A DNA stretch of 63,738 bases, counting the filler, from Reticulomyxa filosa (Eukaryota; Protista; Foraminifera): NCBI GenBank assembly GCA_000512085.1. It is 19 parts of 19 records of this genome, joined end to end, with 100 filler letters (N's around TTAATTAATTAA, not from the genome) between each part and the next. Parts side by side here need not be neighbours in the genome. Positions count along the whole stretch, not along the records: positions 5,048 to 12,413 come from ASPP01006761.1; positions 12,514 to 13,766 come from ASPP01001549.1; positions 13,867 to 16,648 come from ASPP01006490.1; positions 16,749 to 18,255 come from ASPP01039170.1; positions 18,356 to 30,393 come from ASPP01025860.1; 14 more parts are not named here. The stretch is one strand, 5' to 3'. Position numbers and translations under genes: made by a program. Shown piece by piece: positions 12,379 to 25,100 of this stretch; position 1 is the first letter of the stretch, and every line of letters starts with the position of its first letter. The notes under the pieces were generated by a model. That model worked only from the letters and a program-made list of their open reading frames with translations. It searched no databases and was not told the DNA's origin.

Positions 12379-13939
12379 GTAATTTTTTTATTTTTTTATT
12401 TTTTTATTTTTTTNNNNNNNNNNNNNNNNNNNNNNNNNNNNNNNNNNNNNNNNNNNNTTAATTAATTAANNNNNNNNNNNNNNNNNNNNNNNNNNNNNNN
12501 NNNNNNNNNNNNNCCTTGTATTTGATATCACTAATCCTCCAATGTTTCTTTAATTTCATTTTCACTCTCATGAATTGAGATTTATCACTGCTTCTTCTCG
12601 TTTTTTCTTTTGTTCGGTAGCAAATATCTTACGATAAATATCACATCTTGTGTGCTTTACAATTCTTTGGTTATCGTTGCTATTATCTTTTTGTTCAATC
12701 TGCACATTTTTAGAATTGAAGTTATGAGCAAGCTGACTCGGTTGCTGATCATTAACATCAACTGCAAAATGAACAAATAATGTCCTGAAATTTCCAGAAA
12801 ATGTATGTGCCAATATTTTTCTGGACAATACATTCAATCCAAGTAACTTAATTACTGAGTCGCTGATTCGAGTTCTTTGGATTTGATATTTGTGACTACA
12901 ATCGTTGGAGTGTTGGACTTTCATATTTTTTTTCCACACATTTTCAAATGTCACTTCTTTTCTTTATTTTGTTACAAATTCGAACTGTGTAATACAACTT
13001 GAAGCGTTGACGATTGAAGTTTTGATTTCTTTATAACATTATCTGTTAATCCACTGTCTGGCTGCTTTCGTGTCAACATCTATATTATCATTAGATCGGA
13101 TGCTTGATCCAATTCCATATTGGGTTTGTAGTAGAGCCGATTGGAGTAAGACACCTTGCCTCGACCGTCCAGATCGCCTTCACAAGCCTTGTTATCAGCG
13201 AGTGGATTTATGTTTTGCCCGAGGTTCAGTAGAAATCACCAGATCCTCGGAGTTCTGCCAAACACAAAAGACGGTATTTGCCTCGAGAATGCTAATTTCC
13301 CGAAAGCGTCGAATACTCTTAAGGCTAAACAATGATCGATACAATCTCGCACAAGCCGCCCGTTGCCAGGAGTTTGCACTAAAGCAACTGATGACAAGAT
13401 ACGCTGTAAGTTTAAAAGCACTTCCACCTATAACCTCCCAAAAATGAACTGCAACAAAAAAACGTTAACAAAAATGTTTAAAGTCACACTCCTGCCTACA
13501 ATCTCTTTCAAAATATTCTTTTTAAAAGTTAATATTAATGATGAAGGAGGTAATATTAATTTTTTATTTTTTTTCTGCAAAGGGAATATATTCAACATCA
13601 CTAAAGAATGAAAAAAAAAAATATCCTTCATCATCTAGATAAACTTTTGAAAAAAAAGTTGTATTTTGAAGGAAGGCAAGCACATAACAACTAGATACTG
13701 CAACATCTAGCAGTATCTGAAAAAAGTTCGAAGTTAATATTCGGTTATTAACAACGATTTTCGTCGNNNNNNNNNNNNNNNNNNNNNNNNNNNNNNNNNN
13801 NNNNNNNNNNTTAATTAATTAANNNNNNNNNNNNNNNNNNNNNNNNNNNNNNNNNNNNNNNNNNNNAAAAAAAAATTTTGGCACAAAAAGCGTGCACCCC
13901 TCCCCTCCTTTCTGCATACTTTTTTTTTTTTTTTTGCAG

Positions 13940-14793
13940 ATTTATGCGGTTTTGCGGGGGTGAAAAAAAAAAGGTGTCGAAGGACCTCTTGCAAAAAACT
14001 GCCGTTTCTGAAGTAAAAAGTTTTATTGACAGGGAACTGAATGACCAAAGCAGTAGAATAATAAAGGCAATGCGATCGATCTCAAAACAAGCTAATGCAA
14101 CCAACAACTCCAGAGGGGCACAACTGAACGCACAGTTGCTGCAAAGATGCATGGATGAATTAAACAACCTTTCTTACCATGCTGCAAGCCCTCAGTCCAT
14201 TTCGATGAAGATCAAAAGCGCTACCACAGTTTGTTTGTTTGTTTTTTTGCCTTGGCTTATCAACTTTGAGCCAATTGATAAAACAATTTGTTTTACCCAC
14301 TTTTTTTTTCTATCCCCTCTTCATGACTACTCATTCAATATGAAAGGCGAAATATAAAGGAATGGCCAGTGGAAGTTTGCTGAGTGGAGCAACGATAGCA
14401 GCGATGATACAAACCTTTGGATTGCCTCATTTCTGGCTTGTTACTGTTCCATGGGCGGGCAGCATGGCAGCTAGCAAAAAATATCGACAAGAACTTGAAA
14501 AAATTTGGAAACAATTGATCCAAGATTTTATTATAAACGGGAGACAAGTAATTGTTGACATTATCAAAGAAGAAGTCAGCAAACAGACACAAATTGCCTC
14601 AAATGAGCTCCAAAGAGAAATCTCTCGCTCTAAGAAAGAATTGGATAAACTACGATATCATCAGTCTGTTTTGGAAGAGTTTACAGCTGCTTTGGAAGAC
14701 CTCCAACACAAAATTCAAGATAATAAACAACACAGAGAGCAAAGTATTCATCATGAACAAATAAATGCCACTACTTTGCCTAAACATGAATAG
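13940..14793 (+). CDS. 3' part of a helical protein with a hydrophobic hairpin and C-terminal coiled coil (dynamin/mitofusin-like tail possible); exons 13940-14228 and 14347-14793
   Basis: In-frame phase-0 GTTTGT..AAAG intron; small-residue segment GSLLSGATIAAMIQTFGLPHFWLVTVPWAGSMAA followed by heptad-rich helices. Confidence 0.5.
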
Positions 14794-15358
14794 CTATTTC
14801 AATGCTTTAGTTGTTGCGATATGCTTTCGCAATTTTGAATACTGTTAAAACAAACTTTGATAAGTTTTTTTTCTTATTAAAACTTTTTTTGAGTATAGTT
14901 CAAATTTATCACTTTAATAAAAGTCCAAAGAAATACAGTACTAAAAATTGTTTCGACAATATCACAGTCATTTGATGGATGCACTCGCCATAATTCTTTG
15001 ATTTGAAATTTTCCTCACTTTTGCTTCAGTGCTCATGCCAATTAATTGTCGATAAATTAACAAAAGCGCCAAACAAATTCTTTTTCAATTGGCAATACAT
15101 TAACACATGTTTATATTATCAATAATTTTCATTTGTTTAAATAATATTAAATTTTCATTCAAAAAATTCATTAAGAAATTATTCCATTTAACATAAATGC
15201 AACAACTGTTGGAACTTTCGATTTATTTTAATTAATTCTTTTATTTTTAAAGTATCAAAAACAGTTTGAACAACTTTTCGTGTGATTATTCCTTAGAAAA
15301 GTAGCACAATGTTTAAACATATTATTTAACAAAAAAATGATAATATAAAAAAAGTCTG

Positions 15359-15829
15359 TCATTTGTGAACAAAAGGTAAACGTCTATGCCTATTCCAAAA
15401 CACAAACCAAATCACTGGGAAAATCACATAATCCATGATGATTCCTAATCGTGTATGGTAAGTGACTTCATCAGTTACAATACAAGTATCATTAGCTGAT
15501 GAAGTAACCACTCGATGATGAGTCCATTGTTTCTGCAAAATGGAATACGAATTTTCAAGAAGTTCGTAGCATCCAACGCGTGATGATATTTGAGACAAAA
15601 TTAAATAATGTAAATCTATTGGAATGATACAAAATAATAATAAAACGCTATGAAAAAGAATCACATTCAAAGGTGCTGCATCGATTCGATACTTGTCTTT
15701 TTTGAGTTGTTTAGGGTATGTCATTCGAATAAATGGCCACAACTCGTTGTTAACACCATCCATTGTTGTTACCTTTTCCCAGGCAGTCGACGCATTTAGC
15801 TTAACCTCAGTTGAAAAGTTTATCTTCAT
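15359..15829 (-). CDS. SRPBCC/START-like ligand-binding protein (bacterial-type family)
   Basis: FSTEVKLNASTAWEKVTTMDGVNNELWPFIRMTYP..QWTHHRVV..CIVTDEV..FVFWNRHRRL; intronless 156 aa. Confidence 0.75.
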   Translation of the reverse strand: MKINFSTEVKLNASTAWEKVTTMDGVNNELWPFIRMTYPKQLKKDKYRIDAAPLNVILFHSVLLLFCIIPIDLHYLILSQISSRVGCYELLENSYSILQKQWTHHRVVTSSANDTCIVTDEVTYHTRLGIIMDYVIFPVIWFVFWNRHRRLPFVHK

Positions 15830-17770
15830 GACTTTTGCAAGTTAATTTATTTGCCCAAATTTCACAAAGTCGGAGTTTTCACAAAAAAAGGGGACATAAA
15901 CAAAACTTTCTGATTAATCAATTACAAAATATTATCATATTTTAAAATTATATGCAATTTGCAACAATGAGATAAAAATGGATGCCAGTGGAACATAATT
16001 AACTAAATCAAAATTAAAAAAGAAAGTGTCTACCTTTTTTTTAGTAAAAGAGCTAATTCTGTAATTGTTTTATGTTAAAATTAAGCAGAAAAATCTTATT
16101 ATCTTGAAAATGAAGGCACTGTTGTCAATATTATGTTTGAAAAATTTGACAACTGTAAGTCGTTATGTGTATATGTATAAAATTGTTTTAAATTTGTTAT
16201 AATTTTTGTTGTTTGAACATTATGTTTCTAAAAGCAAGTGATTACACATTTAGATAAAACAAAAAATGTAGATTTGATTTATATGTGGTTATTGAAAGTA
16301 AGGTTCGTAATAGGCAAGCTGACATAACATTATGTATTTCACAAAGATATATTTTTGTTTATTTAGCAATTCTATTTAGATATAAGTGACATTATTTGTT
16401 TTGTGTTGTGTGTTTGCGAAAAAGATAACAACATCAGATGTTTTGAATTAGATATCAAAATGTATAATTCTGTCGAATGTGAGAATTAAATGACAATATT
16501 CGACAAGATCAATAGTGTAATAGAATAAGCATGCGATGTAACAATTATCAAGAAAAAATCATAAGAGAATGGAAGAATTAATGTTATATTCGAAATGGTG
16601 ATAGTTGAGAGCATTTGGTAGATAATTAAAGAAAAATTATATAAATGCNNNNNNNNNNNNNNNNNNNNNNNNNNNNNNNNNNNNNNNNNNNNTTAATTAA
16701 TTAANNNNNNNNNNNNNNNNNNNNNNNNNNNNNNNNNNNNNNNNNNNNGGTATCAATTAATTGGCAGACTTTTGTTTCAAGATTGTGTCAAATTATTTCT
16801 TGAATCTCAAAGCAAAAGCAAAGACAAATAACAAATATAAGCTCTTCAGCAGTTACTTGACATTTTGGAGTTGTGTGAAGTGTGTCATTTCTAAAACGAA
16901 ATTGTAAAGATTCTGATGCCGTTTGTCTGCTGCAAAGCTGTCGCTTCCAATTTTCGAATTTCGTCTAAGTTTCTTTAGTCTAATTTTTGCCTTCTCCAAT
17001 TCCGTTTGTCAATATTGCAAAAGAATATACCACTAATAAGCGGATCCAATTTTCCACTCTTTCAATTTCTAAGTGTTGCACTAACAAAAAGTCATTTTTT
17101 TGAAGTGTAATTAAATTTGTCAGAAATGTCCCTAGAATAAAAGATTACCAAATGATGTCACCAACATGATATGACAATCTCTCAATTTATCAAGAAGAAT
17201 AAAAATTCACCTATCCAAGTGAGCATTTTTTCAAGAATACAATGGATCCAAAAAAACAAAAGACGCCGTAATTGACAAGGAAATATCAAAGAACACACAA
17301 AAGGAGCGACACAGTCACAAAAAAAAGAAAGAGAGGGAAAGAAGGTAATAACAAACCTCCGATCTCAAACAGAAAAAAAAGAAAAGAAGCAAGCCCACCT
17401 TTCATCAACATAAAAATTCATAACCGACCCATGAACTATTGTTTTTTATTTTCCCATTTTCTAAACCCGTTGAAGATGAAAGATCAGACGTCCCTCTAAT
17501 CTTTTGTCTAAAAAAACAAACAATGCCACTTTTATTGTTGTTTTGTTTTAGCGATGTATTTCATTTCAACAATTCCCGCAGTTGTATATGTTAAAGTATC
17601 TTTCCCTCTTTCTTTTTTTTTTTTTTTGCTTTGATACATTCGGACGAAAGGAAATAATCACGCTATTTGTAAAAGAAGCCCACGTACACACATAAAGTGC
17701 AAATATAATCTTAAAAAAAAATTAGTATCATAATCAAACAACTAGTATATACGTACTTACCACACAAAGT

Positions 17771-18255
17771 CTATCGTCGCCAAGTGCAAAAAAAAAAAGA
17801 AAAAGGAATTATTTGTTTGTGGCGATAGTAACAAATTCTGCAGGATGCTGAAGAGTTGTCACAGTTGGATGAATCTTTGTTTGGTGGATTATTTTGCAAG
17901 ATCATGTTAGGATAAAAATGTGTATGCGATAAAGTTTGCTGATGAGAATGAGAATGAGAGTGTGAATGGTAATGTGGATGTGTATGCTGATGTTGTGGAT
18001 ATTGTGGATGAGAATGGGGATGAAGATAAGGGAAAGGTTGTACAATAGAAACAGGTGATGTGGAAGCGTCAAAGTAAGGATGAATCAACGCTTGTTCCAC
18101 TGTAATCCGTGCACTGGGGTCCCATTGTAACATATGGAAGACCAAATCGAACAACTGCTTGGCTTCAGGATCATTGCCAAATTTGGTAAAGTATTCTCGC
18201 AATAGCTTGCACTTGCACTGCACAGGACTCACACGAGCAGCGGCAAGTTTTAACC
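17771..18255 (-). CDS. C-terminal lobe of a CMGC kinase (CLK/LAMMER-like) with His-rich tail; 5'-truncated
   Basis: CKLLREYF..QLFDLVFHMLQWDPSARITVEQALIHPYF matches kinase subdomain XI; HSHSHSHSH tract follows. Last exon boundary uncertain. Confidence 0.8.
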
Positions 18256-18486
18256 NNNNNNNNNNNNNNNNNNNNNNNNNNNNNNNNNNNNNNNNNNNNT
18301 TAATTAATTAANNNNNNNNNNNNNNNNNNNNNNNNNNNNNNNNNNNNNNNNNNNNAAAAAAAAAAAAAAAAAAAAAAAAAAAACATAACAAAGATAAAAC
18401 ATATTTTAATCATCTTTGATTAACAAATATATGCAATTGATTATTCGAATAAATAAAATAAACATAGAATAAATCTTTTTAGATAC

Positions 18487-19177
18487 CCTTCAGTTCATTG
18501 CAGCAATGAAGCACAAACTGATGGGGATAGATCGTGTTAAATTGAAAATGAATAATATCCAAGATTTTTGACTCCAAACTAATTAATTCAGCTTTCCATT
18601 TATGCCATTTCTTTTTTTTTTTTTTTTTTATTTTTATACCCCCTTTCCTTTATTGTTTTTTTTTTTTTTAAAAATACTTGGGTCATGGGTATAGGTATGG
18701 GCTTTTCTGGAAATTGCAATCGATAGGTTGTATTCATGACATCACGGATTCGACGAGGTGTTTCTTCAATTTTACAAGCACTAAAGATACATGCACGACA
18801 TATGTCCTCCATTATTACAACAACAAAGTGAAGAAGTACAAAAAAAAAAAAAAAACAATTCCATAAATATACATACATGTGCATTGTAATATGTTGCACA
18901 AATACAAACACAAATCCGAACTTACATGAATATTGCCTTGTTTTGTCAACTCTTTTTTTTTTGCGCAATAGCGATGAAAAATCATTATTGCTGTGTTCGT
19001 CGTTTTCACCGGTCTTATTTCATGTGTCCATAACAAACAAGATAACATGATTTTCTTATTTTAAAAGATTTTCAAAAATGCATACACTTTTAATGCCATG
19101 GTTGCACTTCGTATAAAGTTAATTGACTCTCGACGAATTTGCTCATTTTGATATTCCCTACGCCAAGTTAGTGCCAT
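18487..19177 (-). CDS. Transcriptional cyclin (cyclin L/K/Q group), multi-exon, 3'-truncated
   Basis: Spliced cyclin box: MALTWRRE..INFIRSATMALK|PVKTTNTAIMIFHRYC..|DICRACIFSACKIEETPRRIRDVMNTTYRL..|..LISLESKILDIIHFQFNTIYPHQFVLH. Confidence 0.82.
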
Positions 19178-22176
19178 AAATAATGTAAAACACAGAATCG
19201 AAAGATAACACAGTTATTATTTAACTCTAACTTAGCGCCACTAACAGACTCAGTTATTTTTCCTTGCGTCATCTAAATGATTTCAATAGTTTTTTTGACT
19301 AGCACCTTTCTTTTATTTTTTTTAAGCTGTTTTTGAGAGAACGAACTTGAGTAAAACCGTTTCCGTCTTTAAAAAAATTCAATGTGCAATTTGCATGAAT
19401 TTATAAATCAAATTTTCTCAAATCATTCTAAGCTAAGACACTGCACATAAAATAAATGTAGCAAGAGATAAAGAAGAGAAAATGCTTCCGACGATCCCCT
19501 GAATATAATGGAGAGCCCAATAAATTGTATACTCATTCTATTTTTTGAAGAGATGAAAAACTTGCACAAAAAATATTTTCCTGGAAGGAATTGATTGAAA
19601 TACACAATCTTAGATTTGATTTATGAAAATATAATTCAAAGAACAGTGCTAAATATCACTAATGATGTAAGTTTTGAAGTGAACAAATATAATTACTTAT
19701 AAATGTAAAAAAACAAATTTTCAGCATAAATTTCGTAACAAATCTTACAAATTTTCACTGCAAACAAAATAAATTTTATTCGTTAAAAAAATAATATTAT
19801 AAAAAGTGTTATGAATGTGATGCAATCCGGAGGTATAATTAAAATTAAAAGTTGATGTTATTTGGTGAAAATATCACCAATTGTTGCCTAAGTCAAGTGC
19901 ATTTGATTTTTATAATTTTTTTTTTTTTTCATTTTCATCACCATTACCGCAAACAGAAAAAGATTTATCATTTATACCCTTTTCATTTCACATTAGTCAC
20001 ACTTCTTTTTTTTTGAAAGAATTATTTTAATGAAAATTATTTATTGAAGTTGTTTATTCTACAAAATAAGATAACAAACAATACAGTAAAAATTGTTTGC
20101 AAATCCCAATAACACTTTGGCGATTTATTGTTGAGTGAAAAAGACTTTGTTATAGTGCTTTCATTTGCATGACTTTTGAGAAAAGATACCAAGTGTAATG
20201 TCAGCCATTCATAGATCTTGGCAGACTTGTGCTAGTTATTGCAGAAATACCAATAATAAATATAACTTTCTCTTTGTTTCATTTAATGTACTTGTCTTGC
20301 AAGAAAATGTAAGGTAAATGAAAAATTCTTATGTCTGGAGCAGTGTCTCGACTGATCAAATAGGTCGCAGGTTTACTCAGAGATCGTCATATACGTTTTG
20401 ATAGATGAAGTTCATACACGATTATTTGCTAAAATTAGTATTCTTTTGACATTATATTATATAAAACAAAATGTGTAAATACAAATCGTTTTAGTTTTAA
20501 AAATACAAATTTGTTCCAATTGTGGGACGTCTGCTGATGGGGTAGTGGCACACTAACTGTAATACGAGAGGTGTTTACCAAGAAGAGAATATTGATTTCG
20601 TAAAACGAAAGGAATTGAAATAATAAAACAAGATAACAAAAGAAAACTAAAGAAAAGCAAGAAAGTAGTAAGTAAGTTTAACCTACTGAGGATTCATCCG
20701 CTCCCTTAACGTTCAGATACTTATAATATGGACTTGCACTACACAATCATACTTATATCACATAAAATTTTCTTTTAAACACAAGTGTAAACGTTTGTTA
20801 AATTGATTATTTTTTTACATTTTGGATATTTAATAAAATTTTTTTTAAAAAAAAGGCATACTGCAAAAGCAAGCAAAAAAAATTGAATGTATCTTTCAAA
20901 TAAATGCAATATAATATAGTGCAACATATTGAAAGATATTATGTGATTTGTTCTATGTATCTATAAAATTATTTTTACTTTAGCTCTTTTCAATAAAGAT
21001 ATAAAAGTCAAATACTAAAAAAGCACTTTTTTTTTGTTATACGGTTTTTTTTGCAAACTACTGTAGTTCTGTTACAATTTGTTTGCAATTGTATATAGTG
21101 TTTACGTTTTGTTAAATATAATTTTTTGTTGTTCAATAGATTTCCTCAAAAGTGACCATATTATTTTTGTTCTTTGTGTTCGGTAGCTTTCTTTGTCACA
21201 ATGATAATGCTTTTATATTTGCAAAATTTATATATGCTTTCTTTGCGTACAAGAAATTTATTTTTCGAATAATTATCATAATCTTATAGCTCGCAATTCA
21301 TAGCGAAAATTTTTTAAATTTGAACAACAAATACATATTTTCAGCAATTACATTTTCGGTACCAGTGAAGTAGCTATATTCAAATGAAAACTATAAGTCT
21401 TGCAAATTGCTAGACAAACATTGTGATAACAAATATTTTTATAAAAATAATCATGAATTTATGTGCCAATAGTTGTCTTTGCCAATGTGGACGTATCTGT
21501 TTCAATTGAAGATATATCGAAAACGATTTTATAGTTCAACTGTCAACTTCATTAAATCATAGTCGGAATGACCAACATATAGGTCTGCAATACTAGTCCA
21601 TGTCAATAACTGACAATATTTACAAATTGCTTTGTTTATTCTGATTGTATTTCGACCAGATTTCAAATAGTGAATTCCAAGTTAAGCATTGCTAGTACAA
21701 AAGCTTGTTCATTGATCAAATTAACTGTTTTTGAACGCAGATTTTTGCAATATTAGTTATTGAGAAGTTTAGCACACTGTGGACTCCTCAGACAATTTAT
21801 AGCTACTCTATCATAGTAGAGGCTTGCAATACAAAGTTTTAGAGAAAAAATCAATTTTTTAAAAATCTGACAATACATTTTTTCACAAAGATAAAAAATA
21901 GTCTTTAAAAAAAAACTATCAATTAATGTAAAGTTTTATTGTAAACTAAATTTAAGATTTTTATTCATATTATTGAGGCTTTCTTAATGAATTTCATTTA
22001 GTTGTATGATCTGTAAAATTAATTTTAACCTTTAATGCATTATGACAAAAAATATAATCTTTAAAGATAAGAATTAAAGAGATTTTGCGGGTTGGTGCAA
22101 CACTTAAAGAGTTTTTCAAAAAACGGAAGTTTTTTTTCTTCTCTTTTTCTTTCCAAGTAAAAAGCAAAGCAGAATC

Positions 22177-25100
22177 ATGAAAATGCACATCTTCCGCTCA
22201 CTTTGGTTGTGTGTACTAGTATTACTGACCCTGAACCAAGGTCAGTATGCTCCGTTCTCGTATCAACAAGAACGAGGAATAATAGAAGGTGCGTACAAAA
22301 TGCACCGATGCCATTTTGAACTATTCAGTAAACCAGTGAAAGGAGTTGCTGGACTTTTCGCTGACTGTCCAAGTGATCTTCTCTATAACCCTTATTGGCT
22401 CACTTTTGGTGCTTGTTATGGGACTCGTTGTAGTATTGTTTACGTTGCTGCATCAGTCCCTTCTTTATGGTTTAACTTAACGACGACATCCACAACCGAC
22501 CAATTGGATTCAGCCTATTGGTACTACAAGTAATGTTCCGTGACCAAAAAAAAAAAAAAATATACGTACACTTTTATTCTCCACCTATGTCTTTTGGATA
22601 AAGCAAAAAAAAAAAAGAGAGGGTAGGACAAAAAAAAAAATTATGAAAAACAAAATAGAAAGAACAAGGTAGTAGGATTTTCAAATACATCATCAGTAAC
22701 CTTAGGGGGATCTGGTGGTTGCGACTCAGCAAGTCCAACATCCCACCGTCGATTGTGTTTTGTGATTAACGGCACAATTGGTGGTGGACGAATTGGCAAC
22801 ATAACTGATCTATCGACGACGACAGAGTGGTACCGGGCAGTGTGGTATCGACGCGTGGACGGAATTCAAACGGCGATTCACCCAACGATGTTGACAACAG
22901 GATTGGGATATACGTCGTGTTATGATCAGTATTACTCAGTAACAACGACATTGAGTTCAATAGTAGGGAGCTGCCCTTCAGATTTGATCACAAATACCAA
23001 TGGTGCTTACGTTATTGCCATGGGAGCAATTCCTGCATCCGGTTCATACCTTTCCCCTGTTGCCTTTTTACCTGGAACTGTGCTCTCCACCTCGTATGGA
23101 AGTAATATTCAGACCTATAGTAACAAAGCCACCATTTATTGGTACCACAGGTAAAAAAAACATAATAATGTCATTTTTTTTTTTTTAGTCAATTAGGAAT
23201 TTGACCCATACATATGTGTATATACATATACATATATAATTTTTTGTAACCTTCCGCTATTTGTCCTCCTCCTTCTCACGCACACATTAACTGATATTCG
23301 ACAATATTCCTCCCGTTGTTTTGTGTGTTGTGTGTGTGTGTGCGCATTGTTGCCATATCAAGTTCGTATTACATCGGCTTTGCAGCTGATTCCAATATTT
23401 ACATCAGTTATTACAGCGGTTATTATTACTATTGCGACTATTCTTCTACCACCTCGTCCACAGCATACTCGCATCTTTGTTGGTGTCTTGATTTTAGCGG
23501 TTAAGTGTCTCAATGTCAAAAAATAAAATAAAATAAAATAAAAAAACTTAGAAATGAACAAAAACAAAAAGGTGGTTCCAGAGCTGGCGCAACGATAACC
23601 ATTTCAAATGATTTCCGCAAATTATTATACTACCGCAAGAAATACGTGCCTGGAACCTGGGAACCGACGCCAACTCCTACAAATGATCCAACGTACGATC
23701 CAACAAGAGCTCCCACGAAGCATCCGACGAAACCACCTACCCGACATCCTACTCGAAACCCCACACAACGTCCTACAAAGATTCCCACCCGACGCCCAAC
23801 GAGACGCCCCACGGCAACTCCCACCAAACGCCCCACAGGACGGCCCTCGAAAAGGCCGACTCGCAGACCCTCGCATATTCCCACCCGACGTCCGACACGA
23901 CATCCAACAAAGATCCCTACTCGCAGACCCACGAGACAGCCATCGAAACCACCCACAGCGGCACCCAGCAGGGCGCCAACTCGCAGACCGACGGCTGCAC
24001 CCAGTGCGAAATGGGCGAATCCATTTTACAAATTAGTATCAATATTCATCGATGGACCCTACACAGAACAGGCACTTGTGAAAAACTATCAACCGGCCAT
24101 CCGCTCTACCATCACCGCTGCATACCAGGCGCTGTCGAAATGGCGAAATCCCGACGACTTCCGCGTTCGATTGTATTCGATTGGCGAAACGACCATGACC
24201 AAGAATCAACAAGACCCGAACAAGGAGGCTCGACGATTGGCAAACACGAAGCCATCCGGGGTTCGAGTGTACTTCAAACTGTACAGCAACAAAACAAGCA
24301 ACCTTGTCAACTTGCAGCTCGTAATGGAAGACCCAGCCTTTGAAAGTTGGCTGTCAACTGCTTTTACAAATTCGTGGAACTCCACCACTGTGGTCCAACT
24401 TGGAAGCATTGATGGACAAAACTATTTTCAAACGCTTGCACCAACATTCAGTCCTACTCGTGCTCCGACAGGACGAAAGCCAACTGCGCCTACAAAGCCA
24501 ACTGCACCTACAAAAGGTGGTAATGCACAAGCGTCCACCTCGGGAAAAGGTTCGACCATGTCATCCTCGGTCCTTGTCGCCATTATTGTCGTTGTCATTG
24601 CTGTGGTTTTGTTTTTTTCTGTTGCCTTCTATTTCCGATTTAAACGTCAACGTCTCGAAAAAGAAACCAAAACAATGGCTACTTCAATACTTAATCAAGT
24701 TGAGGAAGAAGGGGAAAGAGAGAGAGAGGGTCTTAAAGAAAACTTTTTTCAAATTAAAAAAGTCAATCCTTTTTTAAAAAAATATTCTGTTTGTTTGAAT
24801 TCTGACACAACACATTAGAAACAAGTTGTCAATTCAGACGACAAAACAGATCCAGGTGCAACTACTTCTGGGGAATCGAAGGGAGAGTCTCAGAAAGTTA
24901 CTTCAGTGGACGAATCACAGGTCAATTCTCCTAGTATCGCTCAAGCCGCTTTTCCAGTAAATAACGTCAGTTCAATGGGTATGAATCCTATGGGCATGAA
25001 TCAAATGGGCATGAATCAAATGGGTATGAATCAAATGGGTATGAATCAAATGGGCATGAATCAAATGGGCATGAATCCAATGATGAACCCGATGGGTATG

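Noticed and set aside
13100-13215. Faint minus-strand resemblance to LSU rRNA domain V (GATAAC..GGCTTGTG..TCGGCTCT)
   Set aside because: Universally conserved neighbouring motifs are missing; probably chance. An Infernal search would settle it.
11240-20580. Weak inverted similarity between ~11245-11280 and ~20525-20565 (TTAGTG..CACTACC)
   Set aside because: Too short and gapped to call a dispersed repeat; neither folds as a tRNA.
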